Positions 50,743 to 59,998 of a DNA stretch of 64,000 nt are shown here, piece after piece. Position numbers and translations under genes: made by a program. The DNA is from an uncultured delta proteobacterium (lineage in GTDB: Bacteria; Desulfobacterota; Binatia; Binatales; Binataceae), in assembly GCA_963711565.1 (NCBI GenBank), contig CAVQEQ010000002.1, positions 240,181-304,180 on the forward strand. The letters are read 5' to 3'. Under the pieces are notes generated by a model. That model made no database searches and had not been told where the DNA came from. It saw nothing but the letters and a program-made list of their open reading frames with translations. Numbering within the stretch: the stretch's first letter is position 1; each line of letters opens with the position of its first letter.

Positions 50743-50915
50743 CCCTCCGCCTTCAACCCTCCAGGCTGAAGGCTATCTCGTGCTGGAGTTTTACTCCGGC
50801 GCGACCGGTCTATCCGGCCGCTTCACTGAGGGATTTTCTCTCCGGCGCTTACACCATACGAAAAGCTCGTTAAATCGCGTACTTAAAGGCGTTTGAAGGC
50901 CCATTTTGGCGGTTT

Positions 50916-50961
50916 CAGCGTGACAGCCAGCGTGACATCCGGCTCGCCGAGCAGCGTGACA
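50916..50961. repeat. three direct copies of CAGCGTGACA
   Basis: at 50916, 50928 and 50952; followed by two inverted repeats (50964-50988, 50989-51017). Confidence 0.8.
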
Positions 50962-51168
50962 AGTCAAGATCACCACCGTGGATCTTGAAATCAAAATTCC
51001 AACCGGGAATTTTGATTCGAGCCGTATCGCCGCGCTGTCGTATTCGACGATCGGCTCTCCCAAGGTGCCGGCGCTATTTGGGCCACAGGTGCCAGCAGCT
51101 CCCGTAAGTTCGTGCTTTACTCGGAAGCGCCCGTCGTTGTCATCATCATGTTCCCACTTGGAACATGA

Positions 51169-51984
51169 TCAGGTATCGATGTCCAGCAACGAACGGCCGC
51201 ACACCAAAATGATGCGGCCGAATATTCGCACTTGCGGCCAGACGAAGAGATCGGGCGACGGTGCGAGCGTCTGCTCCGGTGCGCCCATCCTCACGATGCC
51301 GGGTAGGCTCGCTTGATCGATCGATCCTATCGATACGCGACCGCTCGGTTCAAACCCGGCAAGCCGCGCGAGAACTTTGCCCTCTCGCGACAGAATGACC
51401 GGCGCGACGATCCGGTCGGAACTAACAGGCACGCCGGCGCGCAATACGATAGCGACATCGCCGTCATCGATCAGCGGTCGCATCGCACCATCAGAACCGG
51501 CCATCCGAACCGCAAAGAGTTCGCGCGTAGCGATCATCGGGTTCTGCCACCGCTCAATGTATTGCTTACTGAGCGCGCTAGCACCGCCGAGCCATTTGAG
51601 ATTGAAGGTAGTCCACCGCAGCGTTGGTTCTGGTTTTGGCGATTCCCCGGATTCAAGGAACACTTCGTTGAAGCCTTGCGACTCTCTCAAGTCGTAAAAG
51701 CGCAACTGCGCGTATAGTTCGCCGGAGACCAACCAATCGAGCGAGACGTGCGCGGCGTCGGCGATCCGCCTCAATGCATCGCGCTTGGGCTCGGCCTGCT
51801 TGAGCCAGGCATGAACCGTTGACTCAAACTTCACGCCGCTGATCGCTGCCAGCGCGCGCACCGTTCCTACGTACGGACTGTCCGCGACCAGACGCAACCG
51901 CTCTGCGAATGCATCGTGCTCCGACTTTGGAGAGCGACCATGCTCCGGCTCGATAGGCGACCCTTTTTTACTTAGTGTTTTCAC
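51169..51984 (-). CDS. phage repressor-like protein (HTH plus degenerate S24-like domain)
   Basis: FAERLR...RALA...STVHAWL..AEP....L.RIA.A..VSLDWLVSG; AM.PLI.DGD; divergent from ner. Confidence 0.8.
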   Translation of the reverse strand: MKTLSKKGSPIEPEHGRSPKSEHDAFAERLRLVADSPYVGTVRALAAISGVKFESTVHAWLKQAEPKRDALRRIADAAHVSLDWLVSGELYAQLRFYDLRESQGFNEVFLESGESPKPEPTLRWTTFNLKWLGGASALSKQYIERWQNPMIATRELFAVRMAGSDGAMRPLIDDGDVAIVLRAGVPVSSDRIVAPVILSREGKVLARLAGFEPSGRVSIGSIDQASLPGIVRMGAPEQTLAPSPDLFVWPQVRIFGRIILVCGRSLLDIDT

Positions 51985-52023
51985 TTGCTAGAGCCAAGTT
52001 TTTTCGCTAGTCTTGATTGCGCG

Positions 52024-52308
52024 ATGCCGCAAGGCCAAAAAACAATATCCCGCAGTCGTCGCAGACGCGCAAGCGATTGGAGCAGCGCGCGGATCATCTA
52101 TCTGCTGCGTGAACGAGGGACTTCCGTGCGACAGCTCTCGATCGCACATGGCCTACGGCCGGCAACGCTTGGAGACGCTGTCTACCGGAGCTGGCCTAAG
52201 GGCGAACGGATAATTGCTGACGCGATCGGAGTCGCGCCGTCCGTCATTTGGCCGTCGCGGTATGCGTTACGCGCGTCGCGGGCGCGGCGAAAGGCGATCC
52301 GCCGATGA
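52024..52308 (+). CDS. ner: Ner/SfsB-like DNA-binding protein
   Basis: DW..ARI...L..RGTS..QLS...GL...TL......WPKGERIIADAIGV.P..IWPSRY. Confidence 0.92.
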   Translation: MPQGQKTISRSRRRRASDWSSARIIYLLRERGTSVRQLSIAHGLRPATLGDAVYRSWPKGERIIADAIGVAPSVIWPSRYALRASRARRKAIRR

Positions 52309-54263
52309 CGGAGCAGCCAGTCACCGCGAGCGAATTGCAGATGTTGCTCGGTGAGGCGAAGAGTGCTGCGACGCGCCGACAGAAGGTTGCGCGCTTCGTT
52401 AGGAAGCACGCGCTCAAACCGATCGGAGTCGGCGAACACGGCGAGCGGCAGTACGCCTTTTCCGATCTGTTCGAGCGCTTGTCGGGCGACGCCGCCGGGG
52501 AGCTGCTCCGGATGCGCGCGGCGCGGAAGGCGCCGGCCGCGAAGCCGGCAACGACGGCGACTGCCGTCGCGGCGGTGAGCGTCGAGGAGTTGGGCGCGCT
52601 TGAGGAAGACTTTGAAAGCGCATCCGACGAACGACGCGCACGAGCTGGAAAGCTTCACAATTACGTTTTAGACACCGCAAAGGCGGAAGGGCTCGAACCG
52701 GGAAAGTTGAGAGAGTTAGCGGACCGCGACCTCCATCGAGCTTGCAAGGCAATTGCAGCTCGATATGGCGTGGGCTGGTTCACGATCCGCCGCGCCGTGG
52801 TGAAAGTACGAAACCGGCCGACGCAAGCTTGGCTCTTCCTGCTGCTCGACAAAAATCGCGGCCGGTCGCGTCACGAATATGGGCGCGAGTGGGATCGTTA
52901 CTTTCGGTCCTACTATTTGGCCGCGACTAAGCCGGCTGCGAGTGTCTGCCGCAACCTGTCCTGCAAGTCAATCGCGAAGATGGACGTAGAATCAGCGCGT
53001 CGCGCCGGCATTCGCGTACCGACCGCGAAAGCGTTGCTCGATCGAATGCATAACGACTTGAGCGAGGAAGCTATTGTGCTGGCGCGGTGCGGCGAGGACG
53101 CCGTCGCGGCGCGACACTACCAGACTCGTGACTACTCTTCGCTCGCACCAGGCGAGGCGCTGAACGGCGACGGCCATCGTCTCGATTGGTTTGTGAAGTG
53201 GCCGGACGGCCACACCGGTCGGCCGCACCTCTTCGCGTTGCAGTGCTTGTTTTCAAACTCGATCACTGGTTGGCGAATCGATAGGACCGAGAATCAGGAT
53301 TTAGTGCGACTGTGCGCGGCCGATGCCTTCCGACGAGCGCTTCCCAAGATTTTATTTTTCGACAATGGCCGCGCCGGCGCTAGCAAGTGGTTGACGGGCG
53401 GCGTGAGTCTCGGGCAGCGGTTTCGCTTCAAGACCAAGAGTGAGGACGCTGTCGGCGTCTTCCGCCTGCTCGATATCGACGTTCGATTCACAAACCCCTA
53501 CGCCGGCCGCTCGAAAAGAATCGAGCGATTTTGGGGCGACTTGGAGTCGCATCTTCGGCCGCGCCCTGAGTTCCGCCTTGCGTATGCCGGCAACCGCAAA
53601 GATGAGCAGGCAGACGGCGCCGCCGCGCACGCCGTGCCGCTCGACACTTTCATCTGCGTGCTCGCCGCGGAAATCGCCGCCTACAACGCGCGCGGACATG
53701 ATACGCCGATCGCGAAAGGGGCTTCCTGTAATGAGCTTTGGGATCGATCGGTGGCGTCCGGGGCGGTGATTCGCAAGGCGACGGACTCGCAACTACGCTT
53801 GCTATTGCTCGCGGCGCAAAAGGTGCGCGTCCACGCGAAAGATGCATGCGTGCATTTGTTCGGGAATCGATACGAGGTTTCTGACGCTCCCGCCGGCAAG
53901 GACGTTATTGTTCGCTTCGATCCGGCGCGGCTCCACGACGATCTGCATCTTTATGACCGCGAAGGGCACTATCTCGGCGCGGCGAAGTGCGTTGCGCCGG
54001 TCGGCTTCGCGGACCATGCGGCGGCGCGCGAGACCGCGCGGCTCAACAAGGTGCGCAAGCGCGCTCTGCGCACGGAGTTGGAAGCGCAAAACCTGCTCGA
54101 CCGGATCGAACTCGCGGGCACGCTACCGCAAATCGAGCCGCCGGCGCCGGCCGCCGCAAAGGTTGTGCGGCCGTTGCGATCACCCATCGAGGCGCCGCGC
54201 CCGCGTGAGCCGGAAATTTTCGACTCCTCGATGGATATCTACGACGATGAAAAGAGTGCGTGA
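52305..54263 (+). CDS. Mu-like DDE transposase A
   Basis: NGDGH..D, FDNGR, SK.IER.W DDE motifs; C-terminal GNRY...VRFDP..LH...YD. Confidence 0.92.
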   Translation: MTEQPVTASELQMLLGEAKSAATRRQKVARFVRKHALKPIGVGEHGERQYAFSDLFERLSGDAAGELLRMRAARKAPAAKPATTATAVAAVSVEELGALEEDFESASDERRARAGKLHNYVLDTAKAEGLEPGKLRELADRDLHRACKAIAARYGVGWFTIRRAVVKVRNRPTQAWLFLLLDKNRGRSRHEYGREWDRYFRSYYLAATKPAASVCRNLSCKSIAKMDVESARRAGIRVPTAKALLDRMHNDLSEEAIVLARCGEDAVAARHYQTRDYSSLAPGEALNGDGHRLDWFVKWPDGHTGRPHLFALQCLFSNSITGWRIDRTENQDLVRLCAADAFRRALPKILFFDNGRAGASKWLTGGVSLGQRFRFKTKSEDAVGVFRLLDIDVRFTNPYAGRSKRIERFWGDLESHLRPRPEFRLAYAGNRKDEQADGAAAHAVPLDTFICVLAAEIAAYNARGHDTPIAKGASCNELWDRSVASGAVIRKATDSQLRLLLLAAQKVRVHAKDACVHLFGNRYEVSDAPAGKDVIVRFDPARLHDDLHLYDREGHYLGAAKCVAPVGFADHAAARETARLNKVRKRALRTELEAQNLLDRIELAGTLPQIEPPAPAAAKVVRPLRSPIEAPRPREPEIFDSSMDIYDDEKSA

Positions 54264-54277
54264 AAAGGGGTTAAGCG

Positions 54278-55054
54278 ATGCGTGAACAATTTGTCGAAGA
54301 TTCGAGATACGCTCGGACGAAAAGCTTGCTAACAGAAGTATTCGCTTCGCCGATCAGTATGCCGAAAGTCATCGTCGCGATCGCTCCGCCCGGCGTTGGG
54401 AAAACGACGCTCTTAAAGCATCTCTGCATCGAGCTTCGCTGGTGCTACTTTCCTCTCAAAGAATACCAATCCGCGAGCTGGCTAGTTGGGGCGTTGGCCG
54501 ACGAAATCTGCGGCTATTCGTACCGCACTATCCAGGAAAACTATGGCGAGATAATCGGCGCGCTACGACACAGGCCACGCGGAATCGTCTGCGACGAAGC
54601 GCATCGCGTTGCTCGCTATCTTAGCCGCTATGAAGTGCTTCGCGACATTTCCGACGAGGCCGGCGTGCCGTTGGTATTGTCTGGGACCGAAGATTTAGCT
54701 CGCGCGGTGCACGCTCTGCCGCCGCTGGAATCTCGCGTCGCCGGCTGGACCACGATCGCGCTCTGCAATTTGACCGATGCGAAATTATTTGCCGAGCAAT
54801 TGTGCGAGATCGCGATCGCGGAAGACTTGCTTAAAACTGTTCTCGAAGTCACTAGCGGTTCAGCGCGCGGGATTGTGATCGCGTTAAACCGACTGGAATC
54901 GTTGGCACGTCGGCGAGGCAAAACGCGGCTGCGCTTGGCCGACATTCCCGAGAGATTCAGCTTTACGTACACGACGCGCAATCGGCGGCATGCGATCGCG
55001 CCGGATACCGGCGCCAGTGAGTCGGCCGCGTCGGCGCTCAGGGTGGTCAGTTAG
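54278..55054 (+). CDS. MuB-like AAA+ transposition ATPase
   Basis: PPGVGKTT, VCDEAH, LRDISD...VPLVLSG, SRV. Confidence 0.9.
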   Translation: MREQFVEDSRYARTKSLLTEVFASPISMPKVIVAIAPPGVGKTTLLKHLCIELRWCYFPLKEYQSASWLVGALADEICGYSYRTIQENYGEIIGALRHRPRGIVCDEAHRVARYLSRYEVLRDISDEAGVPLVLSGTEDLARAVHALPPLESRVAGWTTIALCNLTDAKLFAEQLCEIAIAEDLLKTVLEVTSGSARGIVIALNRLESLARRRGKTRLRLADIPERFSFTYTTRNRRHAIAPDTGASESAASALRVVS

Positions 55055-55483
55055 ATGCCGCGTCGGATGCCCAAGCGAGCACTAGCCGGAGCGCCAAGCG
55101 ACGCGCGTGACAAGATGTGGCGCGCGATGCGGATGCAGCCAGCCTTCCGAGTCCAGGAGCTGATCGGGCTCTGCGGCGTGCGGCGCAAGGCGGCCGAGAA
55201 ATTCCTGCTGCCACTGGTTCGGGCGGGCTATCTGCGCGCGGAAGGCGCAGGACCGGCGCGTCGCTACATGCTGATTCGCGATACGGGATCGGTGCCGCCG
55301 CGCGCCGGCCGCAGCGGCGTATTCGACGTAAACGAGGCGATCGCGCGCGATCGGGCGCGTTACGTCGAGCTGATCAAGGAAGTTCGGCAGATCGAGGAGC
55401 GGCTGATCGCATACGGCGCCTATGTCGAGAAGTTCCAGCCGCATCATCCGGAGGAGACCAATGGAAATGGCCCGCGCGCTTAA
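55055..55483 (+). CDS. winged-helix hypothetical typical downstream of B in Mu-like phages
   Basis: MWRAMRM...F...EL...L.RAGYLR...Y.LIRDTG..PP. Confidence 0.75.
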   Translation: MPRRMPKRALAGAPSDARDKMWRAMRMQPAFRVQELIGLCGVRRKAAEKFLLPLVRAGYLRAEGAGPARRYMLIRDTGSVPPRAGRSGVFDVNEAIARDRARYVELIKEVRQIEERLIAYGAYVEKFQPHHPEETNGNGPRA

Positions 55484-55826
55484 ATCATCGGACGCATTCG
55501 AGACGACGCTCCAGATGCGACTCAAAGAAGAGATCGCCGGTATGCGATTCGGCGGATGCGCCGACGCGATCGGCATCTTGCCGACGTTGTTGCGCGACTA
55601 CCTGGCGGACAAGGCGCTCAAGAGCGTCGAAGGCATGGAGATGCGAGTCGAGCAGTGGCTCGACGAGCGGAAGCGCTGGCACGAATCTGTCAAGGCGGCC
55701 GTCAGTGCGGGCGAATGTCGGCGTCTGCGGACGACGTTGGCCGGCAGATCGAAGGGCTGCTCGAGAAGCTCCGCGGATTTAAGGGCGACTGCCCCGCGGC
55801 GGCGGAATGTCGCGAGCACGTCCTGA
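55461..55826 (+). CDS. hypothetical protein (may be frameshift-joined to next ORF)
   Basis: GGAGGAG RBS before ATG 55461; overlaps next ORF by about 110 nt. Confidence 0.5.
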   Translation: MEMARALKSSDAFETTLQMRLKEEIAGMRFGGCADAIGILPTLLRDYLADKALKSVEGMEMRVEQWLDERKRWHESVKAAVSAGECRRLRTTLAGRSKGCSRSSADLRATAPRRRNVASTS

Positions 55827-56104
55827 ACGTGCTTGACGATTTACTCTCTATCGATCCGGCGCACATGGACCGCGCGACGTGCTACCGCTGCGATGCCGAT
55901 TTGACTTTGCATCCCGACATCGAGAGCGAAATCGAAAAGGCCGTCAAGATCGCGGCATGGTCAGGGTGGCTCGCGGATCTTGTGCGCGCCAGGTTGCGGC
56001 CGGTTTTGGCGCCTGGAGATGTAGTACTGCGTTCTGACCACGGCGCGATTGCCGTGCGGCGCGCAGACGGCAGCTTATTCGCGGTTAGGAAGACCGACGA
56101 CTGA
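55715..56104 (+). CDS. hypothetical protein
   Basis: open frame filling the operon up to gemA. Confidence 0.5.
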   Translation: MSASADDVGRQIEGLLEKLRGFKGDCPAAAECREHVLNVLDDLLSIDPAHMDRATCYRCDADLTLHPDIESEIEKAVKIAAWSGWLADLVRARLRPVLAPGDVVLRSDHGAIAVRRADGSLFAVRKTDD

Positions 56105-56110
56105 AACAAG

Positions 56111-56584
56111 ATGAAGGCAGGAGCACAATCATCTCCAGCGATAGCGCGCGGCCGGCGCAATGCGGAGCTGGCGGCGATTCACGTCGCGGTCAAGCAGCTC
56201 GGCCTGGACGATTCGACGTATCGCGCTCTCTTATTCGCGACTACTGGACATCGATCGGCGGCCGAGCTGGACGACGGCCAGCGGCAGCAGGTTATCGAGC
56301 TGCTGCGCAGCCGCGGCTTCAAGCGCACGCCGGCGGAAGAGAAGCGCGCGCGTCGGATGGCCGATAACAGGCAGCTCGCGATGATTCGCGGCCTGTGGAA
56401 AAAGCTCCACTATGCCGGCGCGCTCTCCAATCCGAGCGATCGCCATCTTTCCGCGTTCGTAAAAAAGTTGACGGGGATCGAGCGGGCCGAATGGCTCGCG
56501 CCCGAAGAGGCGATCAAGGTGATCGAAGTTCTCAAGGGTTGGCTCGCTCGCGTGGTCGCAAAGGCGCCGGAGCCAGGGAGATGA
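56111..56584 (+). CDS. GemA / Mu gp16 (DUF1018) family protein
   Basis: LAAIHVA.KQLGLDD.TYR.LL...TG.RS..EL; IR.LW..L; L.AFVK..TG; VIE.LK.W. Confidence 0.9.
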   Translation: MKAGAQSSPAIARGRRNAELAAIHVAVKQLGLDDSTYRALLFATTGHRSAAELDDGQRQQVIELLRSRGFKRTPAEEKRARRMADNRQLAMIRGLWKKLHYAGALSNPSDRHLSAFVKKLTGIERAEWLAPEEAIKVIEVLKGWLARVVAKAPEPGR

Positions 56585-56838
56585 AATCAGTAGTCGAGAA
56601 ACTGCCGCGCGACGATCGGCGTTTCGTCGATCGGTATCTGATCGACCACGACTTCCGCGGCTACGACAATCTCGTCGAGCTGCTGCGACGCCGCGGCCTC
56701 GATATCGGCGTCTCGGCGTTGAAGCGTTACGGCAGGAGACTCCGAACGAAGCGAGAAGGCGATCGAATAATCGCGCAGACGACCGCCGCCGCGCTGATGA
56801 TACGAGGATCGAAGCGGAAGGAAATCGCGTCGTCATGA
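56581..56838 (+). CDS. DUF3486 / Mu gp27-like small terminase (short form)
   Basis: S.VEKLP...R..VD..L....F.GY..L...L...G.DI..SAL.RYG. Confidence 0.75.
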   Translation: MKSVVEKLPRDDRRFVDRYLIDHDFRGYDNLVELLRRRGLDIGVSALKRYGRRLRTKREGDRIIAQTTAAALMIRGSKRKEIASS

Positions 56839-56841
56839 AAA

Positions 56842-57543
56842 ATGGAATCACAGCGCGCCGCATCGTGCGGCGCCCTGAACAAAGGTGAGGGGAGAACGCC
56901 CGTGAAAAAGACCGAGAAGGAAAATGTCGTAGCAATCGAGAGCCGTGCGCAATCGAGAGGGTCAGACGACGCGAAGGAGGACCTACGCGGCACGATTACG
57001 GCGCTGCGCGGACTGGTTGAGCAGGCCGCGAGCGGCGGCCACGTTTGCCATCGTCTTCGTCGCGAACTCACCGCCGCGCAGCGGCAAGACATGTTGTGTA
57101 AGGACGGAAACGCTCTGAGAGGCGCATACGAGGCGCGGCAGCTTGCGCTGCTGGAAGAAACGGAGAGCTTGCGTGAAGTCCTCTCGCAGCTCGCGACGTT
57201 TCCCGCGCTCGCCAAGGTTTTGCATTTGATGGTGGTTTTGCGCGGTGAAGAAAAAGACCGAGAGCACGATCCCGATCTCGGATGGGGCTTATGGCACAAG
57301 GCCGAGGACGCATGTCAGATCATGGCCGATGTAGTCTCCCAGTGGGGGCAATTGTCGCGGCTTTGCGAGCTGAAGGATTCGCCGCATGCCGCATCGCTAC
57401 TGGACGCTCCCGACCTGGTCGCGGCCGCGGCCGCGCACGCCATTCCTTCAGAGGACAAAATCAACGCAATTGTTGCGGCCGGCATAACGTGCGTGTCGCT
57501 CCTGGAAGTTTTTTGCGGTTACCGAGGAATCCCAACCGACTGA
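56842..57543 (+). CDS. hypothetical protein
   Basis: 233-aa ORF in tight operon; start uncertain. Confidence 0.6.
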   Translation: MESQRAASCGALNKGEGRTPVKKTEKENVVAIESRAQSRGSDDAKEDLRGTITALRGLVEQAASGGHVCHRLRRELTAAQRQDMLCKDGNALRGAYEARQLALLEETESLREVLSQLATFPALAKVLHLMVVLRGEEKDREHDPDLGWGLWHKAEDACQIMADVVSQWGQLSRLCELKDSPHAASLLDAPDLVAAAAAHAIPSEDKINAIVAAGITCVSLLEVFCGYRGIPTD

Positions 57544-57578
57544 AAAATGTCCTCAACAAAGCAAGAGATGGTGACGAG

Positions 57579-58271
57579 ATGATTCACGAAGTAGGAAGGG
57601 ATGCGGCGGCGGCCGAAATCGATCGAGTTGTGAACGCCGCGCCGATCGCCGTCGTCGGTGAAGTCGATGGAGCTGCGGGAGCAGACGCTGCGCTCGACGC
57701 GATGGACGCGGAGCTACTCAAAAGCGCCCAGCAGCTCGCCGCCGTGGTGGAAAAAGCCACAGAGCAAGTGTCCGCGAGTCCGCAGAAGCGCTGCGCCGAT
57801 CTAATCGCGAAGGCCGTCGAATATTTGAAGCCCAACTCTAATGTTGCACAGGTACGACACGTCGCGAGTCAGATTTCAGCCTTCGCGCGCCAGGCCGAGG
57901 ATTATCTGATGCGCGGCGACCATCATGCCCTTGACGGCGCCATCAATAGGTTCTGGAACGGCGTGCGCGATGCCGACAAACTCGCGACGCCGCTGCCGCC
58001 GCTGATGCCGTCCGGCGATATCGTTTTTTACTTCGCCGGCTGGAGCGCCGAAGAAACAATCGGTTTGCGCAATATTCTTGGGAAGGGGCTGTGCGGGGTT
58101 ACAATGGGCGATCGCGCTATCTCTATCGACAAGCAGGGCGCGGATCTCGCGTCGGGAAAGCGGATATCTAAAAAAGAGGCGCTCGACGCGTACGTGCCGC
58201 CAGCGTACGGCAAACTGATCGCAGTCGGTAGTCTTCCGCGGGTGCTTGCGGTGTTGAGGGCGCTGCAATGA
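57579..58271 (+). CDS. hypothetical protein
   Basis: ORF with ATGA overlap into next gene. Confidence 0.6.
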   Translation: MIHEVGRDAAAAEIDRVVNAAPIAVVGEVDGAAGADAALDAMDAELLKSAQQLAAVVEKATEQVSASPQKRCADLIAKAVEYLKPNSNVAQVRHVASQISAFARQAEDYLMRGDHHALDGAINRFWNGVRDADKLATPLPPLMPSGDIVFYFAGWSAEETIGLRNILGKGLCGVTMGDRAISIDKQGADLASGKRISKKEALDAYVPPAYGKLIAVGSLPRVLAVLRALQ

Positions 58272-58741
58272 ACCTGACGAAAACTCCATCCCCGATGAAC
58301 ACGTTGCGCACGCTGCATAGTGCTACGCGGTTCGGCGGCGGCGGAGCAATTCTGATCGTGGGCGGTCTCGATCAGAACGGAAACCCGCTCGCCTCTGCCG
58401 AGATTTTCTATCCAGCGACCGGCGCGTTTGTCGCGCTCGCCGGCCAGCTCAACACGCCGCGATACGATCATGCAGCTATCGTTACGGCGAACGGAGCCGT
58501 GCTGATTTTCGGCGGGATTGGCGCGGGCATGACGTACCTGGCGAGCGTCGAGATTTTCGTGCCCGGCTCGGGGCGCCCGGAAGTTACAGGAACCTTCGCG
58601 ATAGCCAGCGGTTCTCTCTCCACGCCTCGCGCCGGGATGAAGGCGGAAATACTTAGCGCTGGCGGAATCCTCGTAACAGGCGGCCAGGACGGCAGCGACC
58701 AGGCTCTTGCGCTCGCGGAGATTTACACGCCCGGAATCTGA
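58268..58741 (+). CDS. Kelch-repeat protein (three blades)
   Basis: three copies of [M/L]xTxR..H/K.A.....G.[I/V]L..GG......AEI[F/Y].P. Confidence 0.85.
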   Translation: MNLTKTPSPMNTLRTLHSATRFGGGGAILIVGGLDQNGNPLASAEIFYPATGAFVALAGQLNTPRYDHAAIVTANGAVLIFGGIGAGMTYLASVEIFVPGSGRPEVTGTFAIASGSLSTPRAGMKAEILSAGGILVTGGQDGSDQALALAEIYTPGI

Positions 58742-58770
58742 AACGCCCGCACCGTCCGTGGTGGAGAGTT

Positions 58771-59439
58771 GTGGTGAGGAACAGCGGAGCGGACCGACGC
58801 ATCGAACAAATTCTAGGACTTCAGGACGGCCAATTCTCGGCCGCATTCTCGCCGAGCGGCCGCGCGCCGGTGCTGTCGAATACGGAACGTGAAATCTGCC
58901 GGATGATGAATCATGATCCGCGCGATTTCGCGCGCGCTCGGGCGCGCCTATTCGGACGCACGGTCCTGATGAGCATGACGAAGTCGCTGCCGGCTGACGG
59001 CCGCGCGCCCGAATGGATCGAGATTCTGCCGTTGGGCGATTTCACTACGAGGGGTAGCGACGGACGCGGCCCGTTTCACGCCGACGGTGCGAAAGTGATA
59101 GCAGCGACGAAGGCTAACGGGCTCGCACGCGGACTGCCGATCGATTACGACCATCGCACTTACGTCGCCGACGATTCCCGCGCGGCCGGATGGATTCGTG
59201 ACTTACAAATCCGCGCCCAGACATTGTGGGCCCGCGTTGACTGGACCCCGGCAGCGAAGGCCGCGATCGCGAGGAAAGAATTTCGATTCATCTCGCCTGT
59301 GTTCAAATGCCAGCCCGACGATCCCGACGCGTCCGCAGATGATATTTCAGGCGAGGTGCTGTTTCTGCGAGGCGCCGCGTTGACCAACGACCCGGCACTT
59401 TCGCTGGGAGAGCTTAGCCTGGCTAGCGGCCTAAAATAA
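58771..59439 (+). CDS. Mu-like prohead protease (gpI/gp32), without usual C-terminal scaffold
   Basis: PEWIEILP.G, DGRGPF, LPIDYDH, AAGWI, VDWT..A...I..KEFRFISPVF, AALTN.PAL. Confidence 0.9.
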   Translation: MVRNSGADRRIEQILGLQDGQFSAAFSPSGRAPVLSNTEREICRMMNHDPRDFARARARLFGRTVLMSMTKSLPADGRAPEWIEILPLGDFTTRGSDGRGPFHADGAKVIAATKANGLARGLPIDYDHRTYVADDSRAAGWIRDLQIRAQTLWARVDWTPAAKAAIARKEFRFISPVFKCQPDDPDASADDISGEVLFLRGAALTNDPALSLGELSLASGLK

Positions 59440-59469
59440 ATCACGAAGGGAAGGAACGGAGGAATCTCA

Positions 59470-59844
59470 ATGCCCAGTGATGAAGAAGATCGGAAACAGG
59501 CATGGCTAGCGGGTGTCTCGGTTGAGGAATGGCGAAGGCGCCGACAAGTTGCGCTCAGCAGCAGGGAAACAGAGACCGCGGGCGGCTTCGTCATGTCGCA
59601 AGTGCAGCCCGACGGCCATATCGCTCGCATGAACGGTAGCGAGGACTCAAACGGTGACAGCTCGACGGCCGATGAGATGGCGGCCGAGGCGATGGGCCAC
59701 TTGCAAAAGTTCCGCGACAATCCGAAGGCGAAAAATGCGCACGAACATATCGCGAGAGCAAGTGCGATGTGCAGCGCGGCACTCTCGCGATGCGCGCGCG
59801 ACAACGCCTCGCGCGACAGCGGATTCGCGACGTTCCGCGGATAA
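59470..59844 (+). CDS. hypothetical protein
   Basis: GGAGG RBS; 124 aa. Confidence 0.65.
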   Translation: MPSDEEDRKQAWLAGVSVEEWRRRRQVALSSRETETAGGFVMSQVQPDGHIARMNGSEDSNGDSSTADEMAAEAMGHLQKFRDNPKAKNAHEHIARASAMCSAALSRCARDNASRDSGFATFRG

Positions 59845-59998
59845 AAGGCGCGCGTCGAGTGTTAAAGCAGATGGCCGGGGATGCAGTCGCTGCCGGTGGA
59901 CCGTCGCCGCGGCCGTGCGGATCGAGGCTCTGCGCGGCAGGCCCCGGCCAGTCCGGTTATTTGCCGGCTCGCGGTGCAGTCTGATGCTGGTGACCTGA

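Larger units (their letters stand above)
48311..50853 (-). mobile_element. IS21-family insertion sequence
   Basis: ends TGTCAACGCCGGAG / reverse complement TGTAAGCGCCGGAG, subterminal GCCGGAGTAAAA repeats, istA-istB; no target duplication visible. Confidence 0.93.
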
